A stretch of DNA of 64,000 bases from Gemmatimonadales bacterium (GTDB lineage: Bacteria; Gemmatimonadota; Gemmatimonadetes; Gemmatimonadales; GWC2-71-9). The notes below the pieces were generated by a model that was given only the letters and a program-made list of their open reading frames with translations, ran no database searches and was not told where the DNA came from. Within the stretch, counting starts at the first letter, position 1; each line of letters starts with the position of its first letter. Below, one piece after another: positions 42,850 through 52,435 of the stretch. A program made the position numbers and the translations under genes. The stretch is from contig DASXUE010000049.1 of NCBI GenBank assembly GCA_036505055.1, forward strand, positions 11,732-75,731, written 5' to 3'.

Positions 42850-43554
42850 ATGCCGCCTAGTGCGACGCACGATGGGTTCGTGCTGCTCGGCACGCTCGCC
42901 GGGTTGGCCGTGTGGCTGTACGAATCCCGGCGCCGCCAGGTGCTGGACGAGCGGCTCGTGTGGATCCTCGTCGGAGCCCTGGTGTGCGGCGCGATCGGCG
43001 CGCGGCTCAGCACCGTGTGGCGCTACGTCGCCCTCGAGCCCGCACCCAGCGTGGGTGGTTTCCTCCTCACGAGCGGCCGCAGCATCCTCGGCGGGCTGGC
43101 GGGCGCTTACGCCGGCGTGCTCCTCACCAAACGGCTGGTGGGCTATCGCGAGCCCACAGGGGATGTCTTCGCGCCCGCCGTCGCCCTGGGAATGGCTATC
43201 GGGCGCTGGGGCTGCTTCTTCACGGAGCTTCCAGGCACGCCGACCCAGCTCCCCTGGGCTGTCTCCTTTTATGACGGCGTGCCGAGGCACCCCTCCTTCA
43301 TTTATGAGATCCTGTTCCAGGCCGGGGCCTTCGCGCTGCTGTGGTGGGCGCGGCCGCGGATCCCGCGGCGGGGCGATCTCTTCAAGATCTATCTCCTTCT
43401 GTATGCGGTGTTCCGTTTCGGCGTCGAGTTCGTGCGGGGCAACGACATGGTCTGGAAGGGCCTGACCCGCGCTCAGCTTTTTCTCATTCCGGCGACGCTC
43501 ACGCTCGGCGCGTACTTCGTGAGCCGGCGAGCGCTCGCGACGCAGGAGGTGTGA
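42850..43554 (+). CDS. lgt: Short Lgt-family (prolipoprotein diacylglyceryl transferase-like) membrane protein
   Basis: Lgt-like blocks: GRSILGGLAG, DVFAPAVALGMAIGRWGCFF, RHPSFIYE (E. coli has RHPSQLYE) and FRFGVEFVRG. At 234 aa it is shorter than E. coli Lgt. Confidence 0.65.
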   Translation: MPPSATHDGFVLLGTLAGLAVWLYESRRRQVLDERLVWILVGALVCGAIGARLSTVWRYVALEPAPSVGGFLLTSGRSILGGLAGAYAGVLLTKRLVGYREPTGDVFAPAVALGMAIGRWGCFFTELPGTPTQLPWAVSFYDGVPRHPSFIYEILFQAGAFALLWWARPRIPRRGDLFKIYLLLYAVFRFGVEFVRGNDMVWKGLTRAQLFLIPATLTLGAYFVSRRALATQEV

Positions 43555-43946
43555 ACGTGGATCCCCACCCGCCACCGCCACCAGACCGGTCCTTCGCGAA
43601 GAAATCCTGGGGGATCGTCGCCGGGCTCGCCGTGTTCATGCCGATCAACATGGTGGTGCTGTCCGTGTTCACCGGACGCCGCTCGCTCGCTGCCGGACTC
43701 GTGTTTGCCGCGGCGACCGTGGGGGTGACCGCCCTGCTCTATCGCCTGCGCTGGCGCTGGCCTGCCATCGGCATCTCGGTCGGGTTCGCGGTCATGACGA
43801 TCGTGACGGGCGGAGTGTGCACGCTGTTCCGGTACAAGGAGTACGGGGAGTTTGCAGGGCTCTTTTACCTGCTGATCGTCGTGCTCGCGGTCGCCGCCGC
43901 CGGCGTCGCGAGCGCCGTCGAGGCGGGCAGGAGCGGAAGGGCCTAG
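43551..43946 (+). CDS. Small hypothetical membrane protein (4 predicted TM helices)
   Basis: GTG overlaps the lgt-like stop. Hydrophobic segments alternate with short loops. Confidence 0.5.
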   Translation: MNVDPHPPPPPDRSFAKKSWGIVAGLAVFMPINMVVLSVFTGRRSLAAGLVFAAATVGVTALLYRLRWRWPAIGISVGFAVMTIVTGGVCTLFRYKEYGEFAGLFYLLIVVLAVAAAGVASAVEAGRSGRA

Positions 43947-43952
43947 CGAGCG

Positions 43953-45527
43953 ATGCCCGGCGCACCGCTCCGCGGCGACCGCATTCTCCGGTACGTGAGC
44001 GCGTTTTGCCCCGCGTGCCACGCCGAGCGGCCCGACCGCCCGCTCGCCGAGGTGGAGCGGCTGAGCGGGTACCTCGCCGAGGAAGCCGGGCATGTGTGGT
44101 TGGTCCGTGGCTGCCCGCGCCACGGCAGGATCGCGACGCTCTACGACGAGTCGCCCGAGATCCTGCGCTACCTCGAGGAGTGGACCGCGCCGACCAAGCA
44201 GCACACGCCGGACACGCCCGGAAACTACGCCGGCGTGCCGGCCGCCTACCTCGCCGGATTGGGCGAGATGCAGACGCAGCACACCTGCATCCTGCTGGAA
44301 GACATCACCGAACAGTGCAACCTGCGCTGCCCCACCTGCTTCGCGGACTCGTCCCCGTCGCACACCGGGGTCGTCGCGGTCGACGATGTGCTGGCCAACA
44401 TCGACCAGCGGTTGGCGCGCGAGCACGGGCGGATCGACGTGCTGATGCTCTCGGGGGGCGAGCCGACGGTGCACCCGCACCTCGTCGAGATCCTCACGGC
44501 GGTCATGGAGCGCAATATCGTCCGCATCCTGATCAACACGAACGGGATCCAGATCGCCAAGAGCGACATGCTGCTCGACTTCCTGGCGCGCCACAACTCG
44601 CGGATCGAGGTCTACCTCCAGTTCGACGGCTTCAGGCTCGAGACGCACCGCCACCATCGCAACGCGGACCTGCGCCGTCTCAAGCAGGCCGCGGTGGAGC
44701 GGCTCAGCGGCGCGGGCGTATTCACGACGCTCACGATGACGGCGGCGCTGGGCGTGAACGACGACGAGATCGGCGCCGTCGTCCGCCACGGTCTCGGGAC
44801 GCCGTTCGTCGGCGGGATTTCGATCCAGCCGCAGTTCGGCTCGGGGCGCTCGGCGCCGATCGATGCGCGCCGCCGCCTCACCCACACCGGCGTGCTGGCG
44901 CGGCTCGGACCGCAGACCGGCGGGCTCGTCACCTGGCGCGACCTCACCGCGCTCCCCTGCTCGCACCCGCACTGCTGCAGTGTGGGCTACCTCCTCAAGA
45001 CCGATCGCGGCGAGTGGCGTTCGCTGGTCGGCATCGTGGGGCACGACCGGTTGAAGCAGCATCTCGATCTGGTCGCGAACCGCATCGCCGACCGCGAGAT
45101 CCCGGCCGAGCTGCGGGCGCTCGTCAAGGAATCGTTTCTCGGCCTGCTGTCCGAGCAGAGCTCGCTCACGCATCCGACGATCGCGGAGCTGTTCCGCAAC
45201 ATCTGTGAGAACTGCGACCTTGGCCTGTCGACGCTGCTGCGCCTGGCCAAGGACGCGCTGCTCGGCGAGCGCGACAAGATGCGCCGCTTCTTTGCCGAGC
45301 GGATCAAGCGAATCACCGTGAAGCCGTTCATGGACGTCCACACGATGCTCGAGGAGCGCTTGCTGCAGTGCTGCGTCCACGTCGGCACCGCGAGCGACGC
45401 GCAGCACCAGTGCGCGCCGTTCTGCGCAGTGCAGGCGTGGCCCGCGCTCGCCCGCATGAAGCTCGCGGCGCGCGCCGCGCCCGCGGCAGCCGCGGCCCCC
45501 CTCGCCCTCGCCGTGCCGCCGGCTTAG
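43953..45527 (+). CDS. Radical SAM enzyme with an N-terminal rubredoxin-like Cys/His knuckle pair and a Cys-rich C-terminal domain (possible Tes/GDGT-MAS-like lipid C-C bond-forming family)
   Basis: Radical-SAM motif is CX3CX2C (EQCNLRCPTCFA). N-terminal knuckles are FCPAC...X34...CPRHG. GGEPT-type motif LSGGEPTVHP. C-terminal cysteines: PCSHPHCC, CENC, CCVH, CAPFC. Confidence 0.8.
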   Translation: MPGAPLRGDRILRYVSAFCPACHAERPDRPLAEVERLSGYLAEEAGHVWLVRGCPRHGRIATLYDESPEILRYLEEWTAPTKQHTPDTPGNYAGVPAAYLAGLGEMQTQHTCILLEDITEQCNLRCPTCFADSSPSHTGVVAVDDVLANIDQRLAREHGRIDVLMLSGGEPTVHPHLVEILTAVMERNIVRILINTNGIQIAKSDMLLDFLARHNSRIEVYLQFDGFRLETHRHHRNADLRRLKQAAVERLSGAGVFTTLTMTAALGVNDDEIGAVVRHGLGTPFVGGISIQPQFGSGRSAPIDARRRLTHTGVLARLGPQTGGLVTWRDLTALPCSHPHCCSVGYLLKTDRGEWRSLVGIVGHDRLKQHLDLVANRIADREIPAELRALVKESFLGLLSEQSSLTHPTIAELFRNICENCDLGLSTLLRLAKDALLGERDKMRRFFAERIKRITVKPFMDVHTMLEERLLQCCVHVGTASDAQHQCAPFCAVQAWPALARMKLAARAAPAAAAAPLALAVPPA

Positions 45528-45537
45528 GAGGACCCGT

Positions 45538-45798
45538 ATGGAACCGGTCCGCGCCACCGCGTACGACCCCGTGCGCTTCTGCATCTTCACCACCATCGGC
45601 CTGCTCGCGTGGGTGCTGGGCCCGCCGGTGGTCGTCGCCGCCCTGTCCGGCGTGGGGCTCTGGGCGTACGCGCGCGCGCGCCGCCAGGGCCTCGCGCGCA
45701 GCCGCTGCGTCTTGGGCGATACGCGGATCGTCATGGCCTACCTCGCCGCCGCGTGCCTCTTGGGAATCGTGGTGACCATCCGGGGGCTGATGGGATAA
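45538..45798 (+). CDS. Small hypothetical membrane protein (2-3 TM helices)
   Basis: 86 aa, hydrophobic, 10 nt downstream of the radical SAM gene. Confidence 0.5.
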   Translation: MEPVRATAYDPVRFCIFTTIGLLAWVLGPPVVVAALSGVGLWAYARARRQGLARSRCVLGDTRIVMAYLAAACLLGIVVTIRGLMG

Positions 45799-45835
45799 GC
45801 CGGGCCTTTAGCCCACGGATACATTTCCCCTAGCC

Positions 45836-47803
45836 ATGTCGAACCAGCTTGCCGCCGAATCGTCGGCCTACCTCAAGTCCGCCGCCCATCAGCCCGTGCA
45901 CTGGCTCCCCTGGGGAGAGGCGGCGTTCGCCCGGGCGCGGGCCGAGGACAAGCCGATCCTCCTCGACATCGGCGCGGTCTGGTGCCACTGGTGCCACGTG
46001 ATGGACGGCGAATCGTACGAGGACGCCGCCGTCGCGGAGGTCCTGAACCGCGAGTTCGTGTGCATCAAGGTCGATCGCGACGAGCGGCCCGATGTGGATA
46101 CGCGCTACCAGCGAGCCGTGCAGGCGCTCTCCGGCCAGGGTGGTTGGCCGCTCACCGCGTTTCTCACACCCGAGGGCGAGGTGTTCTTCGGCGGTACGTA
46201 CTTCCCACCCGAAGGGAATCACTACGGCCGCCCCGGATTCGGGAGTGTGTTGCGCGAGATCGCGCGCGCCTACCGCGAGGAGCGGGAGAAGGTCGCGGGC
46301 AACGCGCGCGCCATCCGGCAGCACGTGACGGAGTCTCTGAACGAAGCGAAAGCCGGCGAGGTGAGCGCCGCGATCGTCGCCCACGCCGCCAACCAGATGG
46401 CGCGGCTGTTCGACATCCGGTACGGCGGGTTCGGCGCCGCGCCCAAGTTCCCGCACCCCGCGGCGTGCGAGTTCCTGCTGGCGCGCTGGCACGACACCAA
46501 GCTCGACTGGCAGCGCGACGTGGTCGAGCGGACGCTCACGGCGATGGCGAAAGGCGGCATCCGCGACCACCTGGGGGGCGGCTTCCACCGCTACGCCGTG
46601 GACGAGCGCTGGATCGTGCCGCATTTCGAGAAGATGTCGTACGACAACTCCGAGCTGCTCAAGGCGTACCTCTCCGCCTACGCCGCCCTCGGCACGCCGC
46701 TGTTCCGTGAGGTGGCGAGCGGCATCGTCGACTGGGTGCTCGAGGTGCTGTCGGACGGAGCCGCATTCTCCACGTCCCAGGACGCGGACGTCGCCTTCGG
46801 CGACGACGGCGACTACTGGACGTGGACGCTGGAGGAAGCAAAGGCGGAACTAACGGCGCGAGAAGGCGCGGTGGTTGCGCGTGTCTTTGACATCGCGGAA
46901 ACCGGGGAGATGCATCACAACCCCAAGAAGAATGTGCTCTGGTGGAAGCACGACCCCTCGGGCGACGACGAATGGCCGATCCTGCGCGCGGCCGTCGCCA
47001 AGCTCAAGGCCGCGCGCGACCGCCGCACCGCGCCGTACGTCGACCGCGCGGCCTACGTGAATTGGAACGCAATGATGGCCGCGGCGTTCCTGCAGGCGGG
47101 CGCGGTGCTGGACCGGCCGGAGTGCAATGCGCTCGCGCTCAAGGTCCTGGAGCGGCTCTGGGGGACGTGGGACGGGGGACGAGGGATGGGGCACGTCATT
47201 GGCCGCGAGGAGCCCTGGGGTCTCCTCGATGACAACGTGCAGGCGGCCGCTGCTTTCCTCGACGCCTACGAAGCAACCGGCAATGCGGTATGGCTCGAGC
47301 GCGCCGAGACGGTGATGTCCTTGTGCGATCGCCTCCACTGGGACGAGGCCGGTGGGGGGTATTTCGATGTGGCTCGCGGCGACCTCGCCTACCTCGGCAC
47401 GAAGGGCAAGCCTGTCCAGGACGCCCCCACGCCGTCGCCCAACGGCGTCGCCGCGCTCGTGCTCGCACGGCTCGCCGCGCTGACCGACAAGCCGGAGTGG
47501 CGCACCCGGCTGGACCGGCAGCTCGCGGCCTTCGCGGGAGGGGCACAGGAACTGGCGCTGTACGGTGCCACGCTGCTCCGCGCCGTCGACTGGGCGGTGC
47601 ACCCCGTGACGCGAATCGAGGTCGCCGGGCCCTCGGGCGACGGTCCGGCGTGCGCGATGCACCTGCTGGCGCTGCAGACCTACCGACCGCGCAGAGCGGT
47701 CGTGCGCACCGTGGCCGAGCGGCCCCGCGCGACGGTCTGCGTGGGGACGTCGTGCTCCCTCCCGGTCGAGGCGCCCGGCGCGCTGGCGGAGCTCCTCGGG
47801 TGA
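45836..47803 (+). CDS. Thioredoxin-domain / DUF255 protein (YyaL/SSP411-like)
   Basis: N-terminal motif KPILLDIGAVWCHWCHVMDGESY. The long C-terminal (alpha/alpha)6-type region is typical of the family. Confidence 0.85.
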   Translation: MSNQLAAESSAYLKSAAHQPVHWLPWGEAAFARARAEDKPILLDIGAVWCHWCHVMDGESYEDAAVAEVLNREFVCIKVDRDERPDVDTRYQRAVQALSGQGGWPLTAFLTPEGEVFFGGTYFPPEGNHYGRPGFGSVLREIARAYREEREKVAGNARAIRQHVTESLNEAKAGEVSAAIVAHAANQMARLFDIRYGGFGAAPKFPHPAACEFLLARWHDTKLDWQRDVVERTLTAMAKGGIRDHLGGGFHRYAVDERWIVPHFEKMSYDNSELLKAYLSAYAALGTPLFREVASGIVDWVLEVLSDGAAFSTSQDADVAFGDDGDYWTWTLEEAKAELTAREGAVVARVFDIAETGEMHHNPKKNVLWWKHDPSGDDEWPILRAAVAKLKAARDRRTAPYVDRAAYVNWNAMMAAAFLQAGAVLDRPECNALALKVLERLWGTWDGGRGMGHVIGREEPWGLLDDNVQAAAAFLDAYEATGNAVWLERAETVMSLCDRLHWDEAGGGYFDVARGDLAYLGTKGKPVQDAPTPSPNGVAALVLARLAALTDKPEWRTRLDRQLAAFAGGAQELALYGATLLRAVDWAVHPVTRIEVAGPSGDGPACAMHLLALQTYRPRRAVVRTVAERPRATVCVGTSCSLPVEAPGALAELLG

Positions 47804-48771
47804 ACCGCCGCATCCTCGGCCGCACCGGCTTGCCGGTGAGCGAGATCGGGTTCGGGGGCTGGGCGATCGGCGGGAACGCGTACGGCAACTCGTACGGTCC
47901 CACGGACGACGCCGAGGCGAAGCGCGCCGTCCGGCGCGCCTACGAGCTGGGGTGCAACTTCTTCGACACCGCCGATGTGTATGGACACGGCCATTCCGAG
48001 ACGCTGATCGGGGAGGCGCTGTCCGACGTGCGCGACCAGGTGATCATCGCGACGAAGGTGGGGGGAAACTTCTACAACCGGGACGTCCATCCGCTATTCC
48101 GCGAGCGCGTGTCGCAGGCCGTGGGCCGCCCGCTCGACGAGATCGAGGCGGACGCGATCCTGCCGGTGACGCACGACGCCAACTTCACGCCGGCCTACCT
48201 GCGGTTCGCCGTGGAGCGTTCCCTCGACCGTCTGGGCACCGACTACGTGGACCTGCTGCAGCTGCATAATCCGTCCCTGACCGTGATCGCGACCATGGAG
48301 ACGTACGAGGTGTTAGAGGAGCTGAAGCGGGACGGGCGGATCCGGTTCTACGGCGTGTCCGTGCATCCGCCGGAGGAGGGCATCGCGGCGATCAATGCGA
48401 CGATGCCCGACACCGTGCAGATCGTGTATAACCTGGCCCGGCGCGAGGCGGAGGACGCGTTTTTCCCGGCGGCCCGCGCAGCCAGCGTCGGCGTGATCGC
48501 CCGAGAGCCGCTCGCCAACGGCTTCCTGGCGGGCAGGTACGCGCCCGACAGCAGCTGGGAGCGCGGGGACATCCGGGGCCGGATGCCCCGCCCCTACATC
48601 GCCCAGATCACCGCGTTGGGCCAGCGGGTCAAGGAGCTGGCCGACAAGTCGGGGCTGACGGCGGCGCAATTGGCGCTCAAGTTCGTGTTGGACCAGAGCG
48701 ACGTCGCCGTCGTGATCGTGGGCATGAAAACGGTCCAGCAGGTCGACGAGAACCTCAACACGGGGATGTAG
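47800..48771 (+). CDS. Aldo/keto reductase
   Basis: GTGA overlap with the upstream gene. Motifs LGRTGLPVSEIGFGGW, NFFDTADVYGHGHSE and YVDLLQLHNP. Confidence 0.9.
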   Translation: MNRRILGRTGLPVSEIGFGGWAIGGNAYGNSYGPTDDAEAKRAVRRAYELGCNFFDTADVYGHGHSETLIGEALSDVRDQVIIATKVGGNFYNRDVHPLFRERVSQAVGRPLDEIEADAILPVTHDANFTPAYLRFAVERSLDRLGTDYVDLLQLHNPSLTVIATMETYEVLEELKRDGRIRFYGVSVHPPEEGIAAINATMPDTVQIVYNLARREAEDAFFPAARAASVGVIAREPLANGFLAGRYAPDSSWERGDIRGRMPRPYIAQITALGQRVKELADKSGLTAAQLALKFVLDQSDVAVVIVGMKTVQQVDENLNTGM

Positions 48772-49221
48772 ATGCCCAACAAGAAAGCCGTGATCGATAC
48801 GGTGAAGGGCGCGATCGAGCTGGAGCTGTTCGCCGACGAAGCCCCGAACACCGTCGCCAACTTCGAGAAGCTCGCCAACTCCGGCTTCTACGACGGAACG
48901 AAGTTCCACCGCGTGATTCCGAACTTCATGATCCAGGGCGGCGACCCTTACTCGAAGACGGGCAAGGGCCGGGTGGGGACGGGGGGTCCGGGATATACGA
49001 TCAAGTGCGAGACGCAACGCAACACGTACAAGCACGTCGCCGGCACCCTGTCGATGGCGCACGCCGGCAAGGACACCGGCGGCAGCCAGTTCTTCATTTG
49101 CCACTCGGCCCAACCGCACTTGGACGGCGTTCACACCGTCTTCGGACAGGTCGCCAAGGGCCAGGATGTGGTGAACAAGATTGCCGCGAACGACGAAGTC
49201 ACGTCGATTAGAGTCAGCTAA
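48772..49221 (+). CDS. Cyclophilin-type peptidyl-prolyl cis-trans isomerase
   Basis: Motifs [34 protein letters not shown] and VFGQV. Confidence 0.95.
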   Translation: MPNKKAVIDTVKGAIELELFADEAPNTVANFEKLANSGFYDGTKFHRVIPNFMIQGGDPYSKTGKGRVGTGGPGYTIKCETQRNTYKHVAGTLSMAHAGKDTGGSQFFICHSAQPHLDGVHTVFGQVAKGQDVVNKIAANDEVTSIRVS

Positions 49222-49240
49222 CCTCCTGCGGAGTGTTGCC

Positions 49241-50389
49241 ATGCGTTCCATTGTTTCGTCTCTTGCATTTGTGCTTCTCGCCTCGCCGCTCGCCGCCCAG
49301 GAGAGCGGAGCGTTCGTCGTCCGGCTCGGCGCCGACACCCTGTCGCTCGAGCAGTACACGCGCACCGCGACGCAGCTGCGCGGCGAGTACGTGATCCGCG
49401 CCCCCCGCAGTGTGCATCGCATCTACACGGCGGACCTGAACCCTGACGGGTCGATTCGCCGCTACGAGCTCATCACGCACAACATCGGCGGCGGTCCCGG
49501 TCCGGCGGAGACGAAGGTGACGGCGGATTTCATCGGTGATACCGTGGTGCTGGTCTCGCCCCGCGGCGACAGCACGGTCACCCAAAAGGTCGCGGTCCCA
49601 CGCGGGACGTACCCGTTCACGCTGCACGTGTACGGCTTGTTCGAGCAGATCGCGCGCCAGGCGCGCGCAGCCGGAAAAGACAGCGTAGCCTTCACCGCCC
49701 TCGCGTCTTCGGATCGCACGAGCGGTGGCGTCGTGCGCAGGCGCGGCGCAGACACCCTCACGCTGATGTTCAATCAAGGGCAGCTCAACGGCCTCGGGCC
49801 GTTCACCTTCCGCCTCGATCCGCAGAGCCGGCTCGTCTGGCTCACGGGCAGGGGCAGCACGGTGCAGGTGGACGTCGAGCGCGTCGCGTCCGTGCCGATG
49901 GCGCAGGCCGGTCCGATGTTCGCGAACCGCCCGCTCGGCCAGCTGTCCCCGCGCGACACCGCCCGGGCCACGATCGGCGGCGCGAGCGTGTGGATCGACT
50001 ATAGTCGCCCATCCCGCCGGGGACGCGAGATCTTCGGCGCCCTCGAGCCGTCGAACAAGGTGTGGCGCACGGGTGCCAATGCCGCCACGCAGCTCAGCAC
50101 GCCCATCGACCTCGTGATCGGCGGCGCAACCGTCCCGGCAGGCAAGTACACGCTCTGGACGCTTCCCGCACCGGGCGGCTGGAAGGTCATCATCAATAAG
50201 CAATCGGGTCAATGGGGAACCGAGTATCAGCAGGAGCAGGATCTCGTGCGGGTGGACGCAAAGGTCGAGACCCTTGGGACACCGGTCGAGCAGTTCGTGA
50301 TCGCCTTCGAGCCGGTAGGGACAACGCCCGCGGTCATCACGTTCACGTGGGACAAGACTCGGTACACGGTCCCGGTCTCGAAGAAATAG
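49241..50389 (+). CDS. Secreted protein with a C-terminal DUF2911-like domain
   Basis: The internal ATG gives signal peptide MRSIVSSLAFVLLASPLAAQ. C-terminal sequence is WRTGANAATQLSTPIDLVIGGATVPAGKYTLW. Confidence 0.6.
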   Translation: MRSIVSSLAFVLLASPLAAQESGAFVVRLGADTLSLEQYTRTATQLRGEYVIRAPRSVHRIYTADLNPDGSIRRYELITHNIGGGPGPAETKVTADFIGDTVVLVSPRGDSTVTQKVAVPRGTYPFTLHVYGLFEQIARQARAAGKDSVAFTALASSDRTSGGVVRRRGADTLTLMFNQGQLNGLGPFTFRLDPQSRLVWLTGRGSTVQVDVERVASVPMAQAGPMFANRPLGQLSPRDTARATIGGASVWIDYSRPSRRGREIFGALEPSNKVWRTGANAATQLSTPIDLVIGGATVPAGKYTLWTLPAPGGWKVIINKQSGQWGTEYQQEQDLVRVDAKVETLGTPVEQFVIAFEPVGTTPAVITFTWDKTRYTVPVSKK

Positions 50390-50793
50390 TGCACCTCGAC
50401 TTCGCCGTCGTCGCCGATTATGCGCTGGTCGATCAATCGGGGAAGATGTCGGTCCTCGGCATCTTCCAGCACATCTGGGTGCAGCAGTTTCCTGCGATGC
50501 ACCCGCGGCTGCACCTGGTGCTCCGGCTCAAGGGCAAGCGCACCGAGATCGGTGAGCACGGCGTGCAGATCAAGTTGATGGACGACGGAGATGTGGAGCT
50601 CCTGGGCGGCTCGGGGACCGTGAACTTCGCCGAGCCGCCCGCAGGCGTCACGGAGATCGAGGCGGCGGCGGTGCTCGTGTTTGACGTGCCGTTCCCGCAC
50701 GCCGGGCAGTACCGCTTCGAAATCACGGTCGACGGCGAAGGTAAGGCGACCGTGCCGATCACGGTGACGCAGCTGCCGCCCCAGCCCGCTTAA
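50389..50793 (+). CDS. Hypothetical protein
   Basis: GTG overlaps the upstream TAG. 134 aa with beta-rich composition. No motif recognised. Confidence 0.45.
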   Translation: MHLDFAVVADYALVDQSGKMSVLGIFQHIWVQQFPAMHPRLHLVLRLKGKRTEIGEHGVQIKLMDDGDVELLGGSGTVNFAEPPAGVTEIEAAAVLVFDVPFPHAGQYRFEITVDGEGKATVPITVTQLPPQPA

Positions 50794-50794
50794 C

Positions 50795-52435
50795 GTGCCC
50801 CGGCTGTGGCTTCTGGTCCTGGCGGCCGTAGTGGCGCTCGGGTTCGCCTTAGGCCGCCCGCGCCTCCTCGATCCCGACGAAGGCCGCAACGCCGAGGTGG
50901 CGCGGGAGATGGCCGAGTCGAACGACTACCTCCTCCCCCACCTGGATGGCCTTCCTTATCTCGACAAGCCGGTCGTGTACTTCGCCGCTGCCGCGGCCGC
51001 GATGGAGATCCTCGGCCCCACCGAGACGGCCGCCCGGCTGCCGGCGTACCTGTTCACCCTGGCCACGATCGCCCTGGTGACCCTGCACGCCCGCCGGCGC
51101 TGGGGGCCGGAATCGGGATGGCTCGCGGGCCTCGCCCTCGCGACGATGCCGATGGTAATGGCCTACGCGCGGGCCACGATTTTCGACAGCGCGTTGGCGT
51201 GCTGCACGACCGCCGCCATTCTCGCGTTCTGGGACGAGCGGCCGGTGCTCGCGTGGGCGGCGATGGGACTCGGCGCGCTGACCAAGGGACCCGTCGCGAT
51301 CCTCATCCCTCTCGCCACGCTCGTCCCCTACGCCCTGTGCACCGGCCGGTCCCTGCGGGGCCTTTTTCCCTGGCGCGGGCTCGCGGCATTCGGGCTCGTC
51401 GCCCTCCCTTGGTTCATCGCCGTCTCGGTCCGCGTGCCGGAATTCCCGCACTACGTCTTCGTCCGCGAGACGCTCGAGCGCGTCACGACGGCGAAGTTCC
51501 ACCGCACGGCCCCGATCTGGTACTATCTGCCTATCGTCCCCGTCGCGGCGTTTCCCTGGATCGTGCCGGCGCTGGCCCGCGCCGCGCGCTGGCGCTGGGC
51601 GTGGCTGGCGCGGCGCGTCAACGCACACGCGCAGGAGGCGATCCTGTTCACCTGCTGGGTGCTCGGACCCCTGGCGTTCTTCACACTGAACCAGTCGAAA
51701 CTGCCGCAATACGTGCTGCCCCTGATGCCCGCTTTCGCGCTCGCGGCTGCGCGCCTGCTCGCGGGTGAGGGCATGAGAACGGGCTGGAAGGCCTATGCGG
51801 CCATCGCCGCCGCGCTCGGCCTCGGCCTCGTCTCGCTCACGCTGTGGCTCCCGGCGCCCATCGACCTCACGCCGGCCGAGCGAGCCGCGATTCCGGCGAC
51901 CGCGCTCGCGATCGGCCTCGCCCTGCTCGCCTCCGCCGTCCTGGTGAGCGTCGCCGCGCGCGTCAACCGCCCCTCCCTCGGCGCGACCGGGTACGCCCTC
52001 GTCGTCCTGGTGATCCCGATCGTTTCGGGAAGGCTGCTCGACGCCGTGGGTGAGGATCGCTCGTCGGCGACACTCGCCGGCGTGATTCAGAATACCGTCG
52101 GGGGGGGCGCCGCCGTCCTCGGCGTCGCCGCCTATCCGCCGTCCCTGCCCTTCTATCTCCGTCACCCCGTCCCGGTCGCCACCAAGACCGGGCGCGAGCT
52201 CACGAGCAACTTCATCGCCGACTACGCGGAACAGCTCCGCGCGGTCCCAGGCTCGCCCCTCAAGCCCGACGGCTACTGGCGCGAAGTGCTGGCGCGCTGT
52301 CCGCAGCCCACCGTGTTCATCGTGCGCACCGGCGACCGCGCGACGCGTGCAGCGCTGGACGGCGTCGTGCCGCTGCTCGCGGTGCAGGGTCGCTACGCCG
52401 CCTACGGCCCATGTGCGGCATCTTCGGCGCCGTAG
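50795..52435 (+). CDS. GT39/ArnT-like (PMT_2) membrane glycosyltransferase
   Basis: N-terminal loop DPDEGRNAEVAREMAESNDYLLPHLDGLPYLDKPVVYF matches the ArnT/PMT DE-motif region. About 11 TM helices. Confidence 0.8.
   Translation: MPRLWLLVLAAVVALGFALGRPRLLDPDEGRNAEVAREMAESNDYLLPHLDGLPYLDKPVVYFAAAAAAMEILGPTETAARLPAYLFTLATIALVTLHARRRWGPESGWLAGLALATMPMVMAYARATIFDSALACCTTAAILAFWDERPVLAWAAMGLGALTKGPVAILIPLATLVPYALCTGRSLRGLFPWRGLAAFGLVALPWFIAVSVRVPEFPHYVFVRETLERVTTAKFHRTAPIWYYLPIVPVAAFPWIVPALARAARWRWAWLARRVNAHAQEAILFTCWVLGPLAFFTLNQSKLPQYVLPLMPAFALAAARLLAGEGMRTGWKAYAAIAAALGLGLVSLTLWLPAPIDLTPAERAAIPATALAIGLALLASAVLVSVAARVNRPSLGATGYALVVLVIPIVSGRLLDAVGEDRSSATLAGVIQNTVGGGAAVLGVAAYPPSLPFYLRHPVPVATKTGRELTSNFIADYAEQLRAVPGSPLKPDGYWREVLARCPQPTVFIVRTGDRATRAALDGVVPLLAVQGRYAAYGPCAASSAP

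Noticed and set aside
41623-45734. 652-aa and 753-aa minus-strand ORFs (41623..43581 and 43473..45734)
   Set aside because: They are antisense to the M20, lgt-like and radical-SAM genes, all of which have clear family motifs. Their translations are Arg/His/Asp-rich and look non-protein-like.
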